Shown here: piece by piece, positions 37,945 to 50,440 of the stretch
Position numbering within the stretch: position 1 is the first letter of the stretch
Layout of the letters: the number at the start of each line of letters is the position of its first letter
Source: Podarcis pityusensis
Taxonomy: Eukaryota
Strand: one strand, 5' to 3'
DNA length: 64,000 nt
Assembly (NCBI GenBank): GCA_964106645.2
Contig: OZ067043.1
Program-made: the position numbers and the translations under genes
The notes under the pieces: model-generated
Database searches by the model: none
Told to the model about the DNA's origin: nothing
The model's input: the letters and a program-made list of their open reading frames with translations, nothing else

Positions 37945-39568
37945 TATATAGTTACATCAAAAACATAGGCCTAGATACATTTCTTACTTACAGTATTTCC
38001 ACATTTCCCTGGCTTCCATATGGCATGACTGTTCTAATCAAAGTGCCCCAATAGAAAGGGGAATGGAAGAGGCAGAACCTGTCATTTGGCAATCCGTCAT
38101 CTGGCATTTGGTAATTCTTCTCAGGGTAAACCTAACCCAATAGGTAGTACAGGCAGTTGTCTGGGATAGCAGAATCTCAGGGGCTCTAACCTAATTGGAA
38201 AAATAATCTTGGGTGAACAGCATCCTCCCTCTTAGACCTATGGGGCAATATGCTTTAATGTATTGGAAGTCAACTATGCATTCATTTCCCAGTTGCAGAC
38301 CTTCCCCTTCATTCTGTGCAGACGATGGAGTAAGAGTCCTTTACTTTTGTTTCTTTGTGTAGAAAGCTAACAAGGCTGCAATGAAGAAAATCCTTGAAGA
38401 GGAAACACAATCCCCCCTCTTCACTACATAAAACAAAATGTTGGGGGAGGGGGAATTAATTTTTGCCTAAGGCAGCAAAATAGCCGGAGCCAGCTCTGAC
38501 TCAAACAAGTACAGTAATAACCTTGATGATGCAGAATTTATCTTGCCCATCTGCATCTACTCACTGCATGCAGCTAGTTGTTAATTTCCCAGGGAATTCC
38601 TTGCCTTTCGATCACAGCTGAAATAACCAATCTTGATGATGTACCATGTTTCTACAGGAGTGCTATAATGTGAACAGTTGAGAGAAATCCTGAGGGGACA
38701 ATCAATACCATTAATCTACTGTTGGTGGGGGGGGGGGAATGACTGTGTGGAGGAGGATTGTGATTACTCCAAGCTTTTCAAAAGTAGAAGCTAACTCTGC
38801 CTTGTTCTGTTGAACTGTGTGAATGATCATTCAGGGGCTAGGATCCTGCTCCCTCTCCCTAAGGTCATTTCATGAGCTGCAGATTTCCCCGCATATGTGT
38901 GTGTGGCTGCAACCCATTTCCATGCATCAGTGGAATTTTGCCACTGATTTTAGGGTGGTGGTGGGAGAAGGAGTGGCTTGCATCCAAAGATTATGGGACC
39001 CCTCTGCTTAAAATTGGGATTTGAGCTTTCCAAAGGTTCAGATATGCAGCCCTCTTGGAATGTAAAACAAAAACAGAATATGAAACTGGATTATTTGTAC
39101 ACAAGGAACACTTTGCAAATTAGGTGTAGCTGCGCCAGCCTCAATCTATCAGCCCCAAGAAGGTGACAGTGTACAATGCTCTTCAGATAGATTTTCATGA
39201 CCAATTTATCTATCAATCATTATCTTGATGGATTGGAGTAGTTAATTGTGTCAATGGTGATTTCTAGAGGGCCCAGTTTTGGATTAATTAATTGACTGGC
39301 CGCAGTGACTACTTCAGCACCACTAGGGTCTGCCAGTGAGTCTGCTCATTAGCACAAGATGAGTTACAAATTGAGAACAATGCTGACTATGTGTGGGAGA
39401 AGCATATTTATTCTTGATTGTATTATGCACAGTGTAGCTCTGCTGTGAGCTTCATGTCATACAATGGTATACAAGGTCACAGTCTAGCACACATATATTC
39501 TTTGGTGCCCACTAAAGTTAAGTGAAAATCCTATTAAACATTACAGTGTAGGAAGACAGCATTGTAGA

Positions 39569-39571
<3 letters not shown>

Positions 39572-39603
<32 letters not shown>
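39572..39603. repeat. (GT)16 microsatellite
   Basis: Direct reading. Confidence 0.95.
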
Positions 39604-39606
<3 letters not shown>

Positions 39607-40866
39607 GGCACTACTTTTTTGTTTGGACTGTTTCTTGGAATATTTATATTCATGATTTTGCTACACATAACAGCTGCTAATGATTATGATAATTTGACCA
39701 CCATTCATCTGAATATTTCAGAGCCTAACAACGCGTTGCAGTTCCCTGAGCCTTATCTAGTCCTGTTTTATAGATGGTGAAACAAATATATAATTAGGAG
39801 AAGCAAATTTGCCAATGCTGTTCATTTTCAGCAATGAAAAGGTCATGCATGGAAGAAACCATTTTTTATTATCCTTAATACTAGCAACACTGTATGTTTC
39901 TTAAAAGGTAAGATTACAGAGGGTAACTGAATGGGTGATAGATGTCATGATAAAAAGTCAATCAGTTCCATAGTCCTTATCCATTATGTTTATATCACAG
40001 TGTTAAACACATAATAGGGCTAACATCTATAATGTCGTCTGTGCCTATAAATACATCCATCATGTCATCGTGTCACATCTGATCTCAATATTCATTCTGC
40101 TGCTTTCTACATTTCCAAGGTTTGCATTTTAAAACATTCATTAAAAAAGTAGGTGGAGGGTCTCTCTCCGCCCCCCCGCCAAGCCACATTGTTCATTGTG
40201 TTTTCCACTCCAGTATATGCAGGGAAGCCAAGAATGGCCCTATATAGAATTGCATGAGTTCCTAGGATCATTTTCATCTTCCTTTGCCACCCTACCAAGG
40301 TGTACTAGTTCTTTAAAAGGCTGGCAGAAATCAAAGCCTTGAGCTTCGCAGCAGCTCTTAATGCAAAACTTCCAAGCCTCCCTCCTTTCTGGCTGCTGTG
40401 CATGCTGTTCAGCAGATGTTATCAGATTGAATTTAGTTTAGCGTGACTGTAGATTCCCCCCCCCCGCCCTTTCACTCTGCTTCCTCTCCATATATATCTT
40501 TCCGTCCAAGGACCATTCTCCTCCTGCTGATATCCCCAAACGCCGAAAGAACAAGAGAGGACTTTTTGGGGAGGGGGCTTTTCTATCTCCCCTGAGTGAC
40601 AAGAAGGATCGCGTTTTATTCAATACCGCACGTTCAGGCTCTCTCCCGGCAGGAATTTCGCTGCTTAATGTGTTAAAAGATTATAGGATTTCTTTGAAAT
40701 TGAAAAGGGGGGGGGCAACTGGATGGTGTGTACTGTCGAAGCCTGTTTCAGCTTCGTTGACCCTGGAATACAGCTTTTCTTCGGCAAGATCCGAGGAGGA
40801 TAAGAGTCCCCGTCCCCCCGCAGCCTCTAGAGCTTTTTAACGGCTGGCTCTGGAACGGACGACTTT

Positions 40867-40894
40867 TTCAGCACCATTCCGAGCGGACAGCTCC
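40867..40894 (+). promoter_or_regulatory. Non-canonical RE1/NRSE (REST-binding) element
   Basis: TTCAGCACC-attccgagc-GGACAGCTCC: consensus-like left and right half-sites with a 9-nt rather than 2-nt spacer. Confidence 0.65.
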
Positions 40895-40938
40895 TTGGGG
40901 CTAGCATTGCTTATCTAAGGCACTTCGAAAGAAGCATT

Positions 40939-40959
40939 TGTGTGTGTGTGTGTGTGTGT
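40939..40959. repeat. (TG)n microsatellite within the putative promoter/5' exon
   Basis: Direct reading. Confidence 0.9.
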
Positions 40960-42589
40960 CGGAGGAGGAGGACTCAGACCGCTAGATAGCCTGGTTAGAG
41001 CCAACAATATCCATTAATTATATCAGGAGGTGAAAGAGGGAAGCAGGAAACCTGCAACAGTCACAGGCTTGCCGTATCCCACACAGAAGGAGAGGGGCTG
41101 CACAACCTTCCGGCTATGTTTAGGTGAAAGACAGGAGGGAAAAGAAAGAGCGAGAGTTGCCATCACGAACTGCCTTCTAAACTATGCAAGACCCATCCTG
41201 ATTTTGGACAGAGGAAATAGACGCGTCCAACCACCGTGTGATCTATTCGGCTACTAGGCGGAAGGCAAGGGAGAGCGAGTTTTAAAAGCACAACACCCGA
41301 AGGAGTTTTGCAGCACAAGCACTGGGAATAGCTTCGTGCTCAGCTCCTCAGGAAAGTGAAGCTTGCAGGGAGTAGGGAAAACGTGGATTTAAAAAACGCA
41401 GGGATGGGAGGATCTCGCCCAACTTCGCCTGGTTTCTGAGGGTGAGTCCTGCGATCTGCCTTGATAGCGGTGAATGGGGTTTGAGGTGATCTCCCTCGTA
41501 TTGGCTGGGGGTTTATGTTCTACCCCTGCTTTCTTTTAGCCTTCCCAAGCAAAAACTTGAAAAGCAGACAATTGCCCTATATTCCAGGGCTGGAGAAATG
41601 CACTCCCCACCCCCTCTTTGAGAAAACACCGGATCCCCAAGATTGCAGCTAACAAGGGGCGTGTAGCTCTGCATTTGTGTGTCTCCGTGGCGAGCTATTA
41701 GCCCAGCTTTCTTACTATAGCGAGGGAAGAACTCGCCACATGTGAGGAACTTTGCTGTGGGTTGAGGGCTTTGATGTTGGAGGATATGCTAATGAACGTC
41801 TCAGCACTGCCAGGGGGATTGGATGGGGCGATGAAGGATGAGCGCCGGGGTCCTGCTAATGGTTTGCAATGAATCACTGGGATTGTAGGGCTGAACTGGG
41901 AAGGCGAGACGGGAAAGCATTCCCTAGATGCCGTGGTCAATATAACAGGACTCCGTTATCATGGAGGGCAGCCGGAGAAAGAGCTGCAGCAGAAAACAGG
42001 GATATTCTATCAAATGATCAGGCACCGTTGCATTTCCCCCATTCATTTCTGTAATGCATCCGCATGCACATTTTAGTTGTTATTTTGTTTTAAAGCGGGA
42101 GCGGTTCATCGGCGCCGAGAAAGGACACCTGCAGCAATTTGGGCTGCAGCATTTCAGAAGGCATTTAAACATAACAGTTTTTTTTTTAAAAAAAATATTA
42201 TTATTATTAAATGAAGCCAGAACAGCGGAGCGTGATGCTTTTCGCTGCTTGGTGAGCAAAGGAAATAAGATGGGTGGGGGATGGGGAGGAAGAGGGAGAT
42301 TATGAAGAGAGACCCAGACAGCACCTGGGCGACCGAGTGCTGTGTGATGCTTATTCATCATGGTTTAAATTCCTGGCGAGCTGTTTCAATTCCTTTACGC
42401 TCCTCTGTTTTTGAGTTAATTGCATTAATAGTTTTCGTTTGCAAACCCTAGATCACGGTGGATGGATCGCTTCTTGGTGCTCTGCTAATCTTTCCCATGA
42501 TAAGCTTTCTTTCTCCACCCCTTTTACTATATGCCACCCCTCAGAATGGGAAGATGGTCCTGATGTTATGCTGCCTTCTCGAAGATAAT

Positions 42590-42590
<1 letters not shown>

Positions 42591-42662
<72 letters not shown>
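42591..42662. repeat. Compound microsatellite (CT)20(CA)16
   Basis: Direct reading. Confidence 0.95.
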
Positions 42663-42665
<3 letters not shown>

Positions 42666-42870
42666 ACACTTCTACCTCTAAGCTACAACCTTTGGCTCTT
42701 TTGCTTCGGAGATTGAACAACAAAAGCGTCTCTTTAACTCCTGTCCACCGAGCTCAGGATGGAATTGTTTTGCCGCTTTGGGGAGGGGATGCATTTTTAA
42801 TACCTTCTGCAGAAAAGATAACAAGTCGCGGGGTGAGAATACACCTGAAAAGCAAAGAGCTATATGCAAT

Positions 42871-42990
42871 GGTTTGCAGCCAGCTCCTTTCTACTCAGAG
42901 TAGACCCACTGAAATAAATGGACTTGAACCAGTCATGTCTATGGATTTCAATGGGTCTACTCTGAGTAGAACTCATGTTGGAGACTACCC
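42871..42990. mobile_element. Palindromic non-autonomous DNA element (Harbinger/Chompy-like)
   Basis: Arms ttctactcagagtagacccactgaaat (42889-42915) / atttcaatgggtctactctgagtagaa (42945-42971). Confidence 0.7.
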
Positions 42991-44604
42991 AATACTGTAA
43001 TAATAGCCCACGCAGGGAGCTGTACAAGGTAGCTATATCCATTTAGTCACTTGTTCTGGCTAGATTTTTCCGTGAGTTCACTACATTGCTACAATGGTCT
43101 CTTTAGCCCTCCTGGCTTCTCAGGAGGAGGAGGTACTAATAGCTGGCAGTGGGAAGGACTAACAAACTTCTATCTGTATCTGGCTTCACTAGCAGCACAA
43201 GACCAAAGGTCTGTGTGTCCACTGCAGGCAGTAAATAATGGCTGCCTATGCTGGGGCAGCCTGTGTGCTCTAATTTGACTGTAAACTGATGAGGGAGAGA
43301 GGAAGAAGCCTCTCAGCTTGGTGGCATTTTGAGGTTAAGGGCAAAATGAGGAAGGCCAGGCCACCTTCCCTCCTTCACATTTGTTTAAAGTGTTGTTGCT
43401 CTTGAAACACATCTCAGGACACCAGGCTGAGGCATTGTTTGTGCGGTGTAGTCAAGCATAATTGGTTGTGTATTTCCCTTTAGGACAGCTCTCGGAGCAG
43501 TTCTTTTGTAAAAACGGATCAGGGATTTCTGCATATAAGGAAAGCTGATGGGACATAAAGTCTAAACAACAGTTTCTAGTCCCCTCTGAATCTAAGCTTC
43601 CACACTCATTTGTTTTGCTGTAATAAATTTGCCATGCCCATTTCAGCCCTGGCGGGGAGCCACTTCCTTTCAGAAAACCACCACCATCAATTTGATTATA
43701 TCAGCACTTATGAGGCTCAAGGATGAGTCATTGCTGTTGTTGACTCACCTTTGGCTTGAAGAGTTGAAGAGGATATTACAAGGTAGCACTCAAACAAACA
43801 GGAGGCTTCATAGCATAATGGATTATCTTAAACACAACCTGTGGATAAAAGACCTATCTGGTACCTCAGCATTAGGACATCCCTAATTCAGCTTTGAGGT
43901 TTTTTCCTACCATCAAGCGGTATATAATTTTTATGAAATAAATAAAATGTCATAATTTCGACCTTTTCCTACCTAAATTCCAGAGGTAATCTCCAGATCT
44001 ATTTATCTGTTTTGCCACTGTGTTCAATGGCAATGCAGAGGAGCTCAAGATTTCCTTTCTTCAGGACCTCCTGATGTTCTGAAGGAGGAAGAAGCCCAGA
44101 AGATACCTCCTGAATGATAGAATCATCACATTTGTTTCCCAATATTTGTGTCCCAATCCAAGCTGTTCTAGAAGAAGGGTAGTGTAAATGCCAAATCCTA
44201 CCCCACAGTTTCAAGGCTTCTGGCTACCAAATAGCTTCACGGATAAGATAAAGCTACAATCACTCTTCTTCTTCCACCAGGACACACAAAGCATAATGCT
44301 CATGACCATAGCATTTATTTTTGTTCACCATTTAGCTGGTTTCTGAAGGAGTCCAGAGGATGTGATTTATAGGATGTAGCATTTAGCTGTCCATATTGGC
44401 CATCTGGCCATTCTAGGCCCACAACCTGTAGGGACACCATCAGCACCATTAACTGTGTGGGAAGTATAGGGAAGCCAAATCAGAATGATGCTTCTTTGAA
44501 GTCATATTGTTTCCAAAGTGGCTGTTAGCGTGCACACACACACACAAACACAAATATTAACATGATAAATGTATATTAGCACCACTGGTTGTGTCGTATT
44601 AATA

Positions 44605-44832
44605 CAGTGGTACCTCGGGTTACATGTGCTTCAGGTTACATATGCTTCAGGTTACAGACTCTGCTAACCCAGAAATAGTGCTTCAGGTTAAGAACTTTGC
44701 TTCAGGGTGATAACACAAATCATGCAGTGGTGGCGCAGCGGCAGCAGCAGGAGGCCCCATTAGCTAAAGTGGTGCTTCAGGTTAAGAACAGACCTCCAGA
44801 ACAAATTAACTTCTTAACCCGAAGTACCACTG
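44605..44832. mobile_element. Tc1/mariner (Tigger/pogo-like) MITE
   Basis: TA-cagtggtacctcgggtta ... taacccgaagtaccactg-TA, with internal gcttcaggtta repeats. Confidence 0.9.
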
Positions 44833-47583
44833 TATAAGTCTGGCATTTTTAAGCTCCTATCAAACCCTGACAATATTTACAGACAATTTCTTTATACCAT
44901 TCTTGGGCTGGCTTCTGGTCAGTGCTGGAAAACAACCAAGGACTAATTTTTGGTATCTCTCCCACTGGCAAAACCCCAAAACTGTTGCCACTGAGCACCA
45001 GAAAGATGCATAGCTTTGTAACTTTTCTGTCGAGTGGCCCAAGAACTCTTTGTGCCCCTTTTTCAAATATGTCAGGAGAGAACTGCTGAAGAACAAACAG
45101 CCATTTGCAAGCCTTCCACCTCCATCTCCATTTCCACTTGTGTAATCTTTGCTGCCCAGCTGAGCATGCTCATTGCTGCTTTGCTCATCTAGTCTCCTTT
45201 GCTTATTGTTATCTTGTAGCAATAAGAAAATCTTCCCACTGAAATTAATGACTTAACATGCACATGCATTACGCATCATGGCCTGGGAAGAAACTACTCT
45301 GGGGATATCAAGAGCTGCTCCACTGAAAATACTTTGCATATATCTCAGCCCTAAAGATTCTTAACATTGGCTGGTTTGAAAAGAAGGGGTGCCAGGTGTT
45401 CCACATGCTGCTATCCTGGTACACAGATATATTGAAGCCAAATGCAAGCTTTGTTTGAAGATCCTGGGCACCTATTTTTACTTTGTGCCTCCTTACAACA
45501 TGGGCATCACTGTCATTTGGAAACTGTGCTGCCCTAGTTAGAAAGAGGCTATCAAAAATTCATTTCAAGATTTCATTGCGTTTGGCAAGCTCAGGAATAA
45601 AGATGGACTTTCCCCCCTCTTCCTTCCTCCCTCTCCTGACTGAGATGTGCTGGGTGAGTTGGTTTACTAGCACATGTTTGCTGCCAGGACAAATCCGTTG
45701 CTCTGCTTGCCTTTCCACCTGTCACTCTCGTTGTAGAATCCTGTGATCTGTCTATCATGGTCGCCCAATTCACAGCGCTCTTAATTTTCAATGTGAGAAA
45801 AAAATGGTTTTGCTTTAGAAGATTGTGGCAGAAGGCTGAGTGGAAATGCTGAATAGAGCAGGCAGTGACAGTCAGGCTGTGATCAGTGCCACCACTAGAG
45901 GCATGTCAGCCGTTTCTTCCAAAACTCTGTGGAGCTTTGAGCCAAAGTCTTTGCTAACCACCTGGATTTAGTTAAGCAGACCCTGCTCTAGGCAATGAAA
46001 ATGTTCTTCTTTAAAAGTCTGCACTGTGAGGTCAATTGTTATTAATTGGCAGGCTTATGATTGGTTACAGGCTACCCTCCCCCCCCCCCGGCCTTGAGCT
46101 TTCATGAGAGATAGGAACATCGGGAGCATCAGGAGATAACTGTCATTAGCTGGACCACATTCAGTGGTGATAACTGTTAACTGGCTTTTAATTGGGCCAT
46201 GATTATATAAGAGTTCATGCTAATTCATATAGGCACCAGTGAATTAAGGCTGTATTTTAATCATTTTATAATGTTCAGGCTGTTAACTTGCTGCTAAGAA
46301 AACCATCCATAGCCAGCGGATTAAAGGTTTTTAAAGGAGACAAACAATGTGAGCTTTATTTTTTGTGAGGTGATTTAAAACCAGCTCCCCTTCTTTTTTG
46401 TTCTGCTGTGCTTAAACACAGTCTTTGCAATAAAATCCACAGCCAAAGCAAGGTCCCCTATAATAACCTCTCAAGTGTGCATGTGTGTGGAAACCAGTGT
46501 AAGCTAACCGGAGTATTATGCTGATATAAGACTGCCCTTGCTCTCCAGAGGATTAGTGCAGGTGGAGGAAATGGTCCTGAATTAAAGGGGAAGAATAGAC
46601 AGAGCAGCAGAAGCAAGGTGGTAGTTCTGTCCATTTGAGCTTATCAACATGGGAAATCAGGTTATTTAGGATTAATGGGTTTTAATCACTTTATTGGCAG
46701 GTTCTGTTTTCTGGGTGGAGAAAAGGGACTGAGAAAGAGAAATTACAGCTGGTTGGTTAAGGCTGTAGACAGAAAAATAGGATTTCTAGATTTATGCCAC
46801 ATTTGAAGAGGAAGGGGAAAACATAAAATGGGGAGGGGTTCTGTAATGGCTCGTCTACACATAATATAATTCATATGTATTACATCACTTTCATACATAT
46901 TTTGCCACAGGCACATATCACGCCAGGCCAAATGTGGAGGCAGGTCTGTCCAGCAGATTTGGATAGCAAAACACAGGTTCATTACACACACCAGTGTACA
47001 TGTGGGTGCATGCAAATTTTCTGCATTGAAGTGACATCTGTGCAGAAAACCCTGCACATGTGAACTCAGCCCTCTGTTGAACAGCAAATTGCATATATCT
47101 TTTGCAACAACTTTGTGCCGCCTTTTACTCAACTATAAAATGGGCAGGTATTCTTTATGCACCATGTGGATTTTCAAGAGCTTCTGTGATTCATTGTTAC
47201 ATCATTTCAATCCTGCTGTTCTTCAGACTAACATTTGGGGAGTCTAAAGACATTTTAATAGTGGGGTTAAGAAGTGAAGCTGTGTTGTGCAGCAGGAAAT
47301 GAGACCGCCTAATCTACAGTAAATACCACGTACGATAGCATTTTCAAAGTATGCAAAACAAATATGCATTCTGTAGAAAACTTTTGTCTTGGTACCTTCT
47401 TTGGCCCGTCATTTGCATGCTCTTAATGATACCTCTTAATCAGGGAATGCAATCAATTTATTGTAGTGTCACTGTGAGTATTTACACAAAAAAGCTAGAT
47501 CTTTAGGGGACATACACATATGTTTGGGCAATAGTTCTCAGAATACTATTAAAACAGTATCTGGGCACAACACATGTCTAATA

Positions 47584-47584
<1 letters not shown>

Positions 47585-47620
<36 letters not shown>
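47585..47620. repeat. (ATT)12 microsatellite
   Basis: Direct reading. Confidence 0.95.
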
Positions 47621-47623
<3 letters not shown>

Positions 47624-48235
47624 ATTATACAGTATTTAAGAAAAACAACTAGGAGTGATTTTTCCCTTTGTGACACTTTAGGTACCATTTTGCCATGGAA
47701 TCAATGCTGGAATGAATAAACAGACTAATATTTTATTTCTCTACTTTCCCCCTTCATCTGTGGGGTAATGAAGTTATATTCTCTCCTTGCCTACAGTGAG
47801 GCTGCTTGAAGTTGTTTAGCTTTGACTTCAGCAGCATTTATTAATGAGTTCCATTTGTATTCCATGTTCTCATCAAGGAGGTCAGGGTGGGAGGCATTGA
47901 GATTATCTCACAACAAGCAAAGGAGGTAGATTAAGTGGAAATATTATGATGGGCCAAAGCTTACTGGTGGGAACCTAGGTCTCCTTGGATCAATTCTGAC
48001 TCTCTCCCAAGTTGGTCTCTTCCATGGTTATGGTCATAAGTGGATAAACTTGCAACAACATACCATGTCCAACCGAGCTTTTTTGAGGACTTATTTTAGA
48101 TGTTCATAGTAGCACAAGAAATGAATTGTGTCTCTCCTAGGGCTTTATGCTTTGTTTTGCTAGGCTTTCTTTTCTTCTGAACTCTCTTTCTCTGCTTCAG
48201 TTCTATTGGGGCTTATAGAACTTTTCTTCTATATC

Positions 48236-48640
48236 AGGGGAACTTTCTCAGACTGAGAGCCATTCTTCCCTCCAGGCAACCTTCTGGGGGCCACATGACA
48301 GTGGTCACCAGAGGCGCTAGCTTGAGAGGGCAAAGGGGGAGGGTGACGTCACACATGCACAATGTCCCAATGTTGTGCACGCAACAACAGGATGTCAGGG
48401 GTGGAGCCGAATGTGGCGGCAGCATGGTTTCAATGGCCAGTGGCCCCCTCTCCTTGTCCTCCTGCCACTACCAATGGCAGGGGGCTCCTTTGACCCTCCT
48501 TCCCCATACCTTTTGTACCCTTCCTCTCTCCTTTTGTACTTGGCTCCACACTTAGTCCCCTCCACCCCCTTATTTTTTTGGCCCAGCTCTCCCCAAAATA
48601 TTGAGGAGCCCAGTGGGGTCAGAGGCAAAAGTGAGCAGAG
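48236..48640. mobile_element. Degenerate hAT non-autonomous fragments
   Basis: caggggaactttctcag...ggcaaccttctgggggccacatg left end, plus internal motifs shared with 11207-11508. Confidence 0.5.
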
Positions 48641-49726
48641 CAACTCCTGCTTTTTTTTAACTGAATACTTAGGATAAAAAACCCCAAGTCAACAAACTAT
48701 GAAAAGGCAATATCCTCTTTTTTCTGTGGCTCAAGTATGTGTGTGTTGTGTGGGGCACTGTGGTTGGGAAACAGGAGGTTCTTTGAAGAGCTGTGGTTGC
48801 AGTGTGTGGTTTGCACTCTGAAAAGTGACGCAGTTAAGGCAGATACTGTGGCATAATATTTCTTCTTTTCCGCACCTCTCAGATCATTCCATTAACATGT
48901 CAAAAGCAGGCCACAACTCCACCTGACACCTGAATAACCCACCAGAGAGTTTCCTGACTAGTACATAAACACCAGTATTAAAGATGCTGCAGTTAGAATT
49001 TGGCTAGCATTTGATGGATGGCCCTCTTCTGCAAGAACCGCGATCCAGGTTTGCTCTTTATGGCTCTACTGGCTCAGTGGGGCTAATGAGTAAAGTATGT
49101 GAGAATATTCAGGAGATGAGGCCAAATCATTTTATAGTCCTATACTTTATGTTCCAGGTGCTGATGTAACACGGTACAGTTATATGGAAGTCAATAGAGC
49201 TATAGTAGTTTAATGGATTTTTCTCTTACCCCATCCCGCCAGCATCTGAGTTGCATTTTTCTGCTGGGTGAAAGCAGGTTCTTTTGGTTTATGAACAGCC
49301 TAAAATTACTGCTGTGCCAAAATCTGTCCTCCAATTTCTCTCATGTTTTCTTCTCCTGTGAAAGAGGCTTCCATTTTTCTTCTTCACTCCTGAGGCGCTT
49401 TAGAATTTCAGGGGTTTCTTAGACACCCTAACATTGTGAGGTGGCTGAGGGTGGTATGCTTGTTTTCCTTTTCCAGCAAATATTTCTCCAGAAAACTGTA
49501 GCCTCCCTGGCTGCCCACACTCCCTGATCTGAAAAAGTCTCATGGGAAAAAGTCTCATGGGCAGGAATTTGGTAAAACCTAGCCACAAGTTTACCACTGC
49601 ACATGCTGTTTGTGAGAAGCCACCTTAGGCTTGTGGTTCTTTAGATCTGAGGATATGATAAAGAGCAGAAGGTTGTTCATTTGGTGCCTTTTTCTTTTCA
49701 TCCAGCCCAACTTTAGGACTTCATAT

Positions 49727-50015
49727 CTATACCTGAAGGAGCGTCTCCACCCCCATCGTTTTGCCTGGACACTGAGGGCCAGCGTCGAGGGCCTTCTGTT
49801 GGTTCCCTCACTGTGAGAAGCGAAGTTACAGGGAACCAGGCAGAGGGCCTTCTCGGTAGTGGCGCCCACCCTGGGGAACGTCCTCCCATCAGATGTCAAA
49901 GAAATCAACAACTATATGACATTTAGGAGACATCTGAAGGCAGCCCTGTTTAGGGAAGTTTTTAACATTTGATGTTTTAATGTATTTTTAATTTTTTGCT
50001 GGAAGCCACTCAGAG
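49727..50015 (+). mobile_element. L2 LINE 3' end
   Basis: Translates to YLKERLHPH...GTRQRAFSVVAPTLGNVLPSDVKEINNYMTFRRHLKAALFREVF (L2 C-terminal motif RAFSxxAPxLWNxLP...LKTxLF), followed by a T-rich UTR. Confidence 0.85.
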
Positions 50016-50440
50016 TTATCCAGATTCCTAATGGACAGCTTTCTCCATCATATTGTCTACTTAGGCCAGACACTACAATAAGGTTTTAAAAAATATATCT
50101 AATGAAGTATGAGCTGGATAGATACCAGCCCCTTCTGGGTGCTAGGACAGGTAGCAGGACTGCTTGCAAGAACAAGAAGTTGGTGATCTTTCCAGAAGCA
50201 GTGGGTGGCATGCTGGGGTTCAGCAGCTCAACTGATGGTCACCTGGCTGCATCCCTGAAGCATACTAGGACAGAGAGAGGGAGGTTGGCATGGTGCAGTC
50301 TGGTGTTCCTGCCAGTGCATTGCACTGCACTGACCTCATTGCTGCACCCCTCCCCTTCTCAGTCCCAGTGTGCTACCATTTCTACAGAAGTCAAGTGACT
50401 GGCATAGCCTCACCACGCTATCTGCTGTTGCTATCTATTC

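Larger units (their letters stand above)
40430..42480. promoter_or_regulatory. CpG-enriched, TE-free block: probable promoter and non-coding first exon
   Basis: Visible excess of CpG over the flanks without TE hallmarks, GC-box-like ccccgccc at about 40462, an RE1-like site, and a strong + strand donor GAGG|GTGAGT at 41441/41442. Confidence 0.55.

Noticed and set aside
42889-42971. Pre-miRNA-like hairpin
   Set aside because: It belongs to a dispersed palindromic DNA-element family with other copies in the window.
42458-43000. 180-aa ORF with a hydrophobic N-terminus near the CpG block
   Set aside because: GTG start; it reads through the (CT)n(CA)n microsatellite and a palindromic MITE.
44620-44785. 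Repeated gcttcaggtta units resembling a CRISPR or array
   Set aside because: These are subterminal repeats inside a TA-flanked MITE in a eukaryotic genome, with irregular spacing.
49531-49560. 15-bp perfect tandem duplication gaaaaagtctcatgg
   Set aside because: Ordinary slippage duplication with no further structure.
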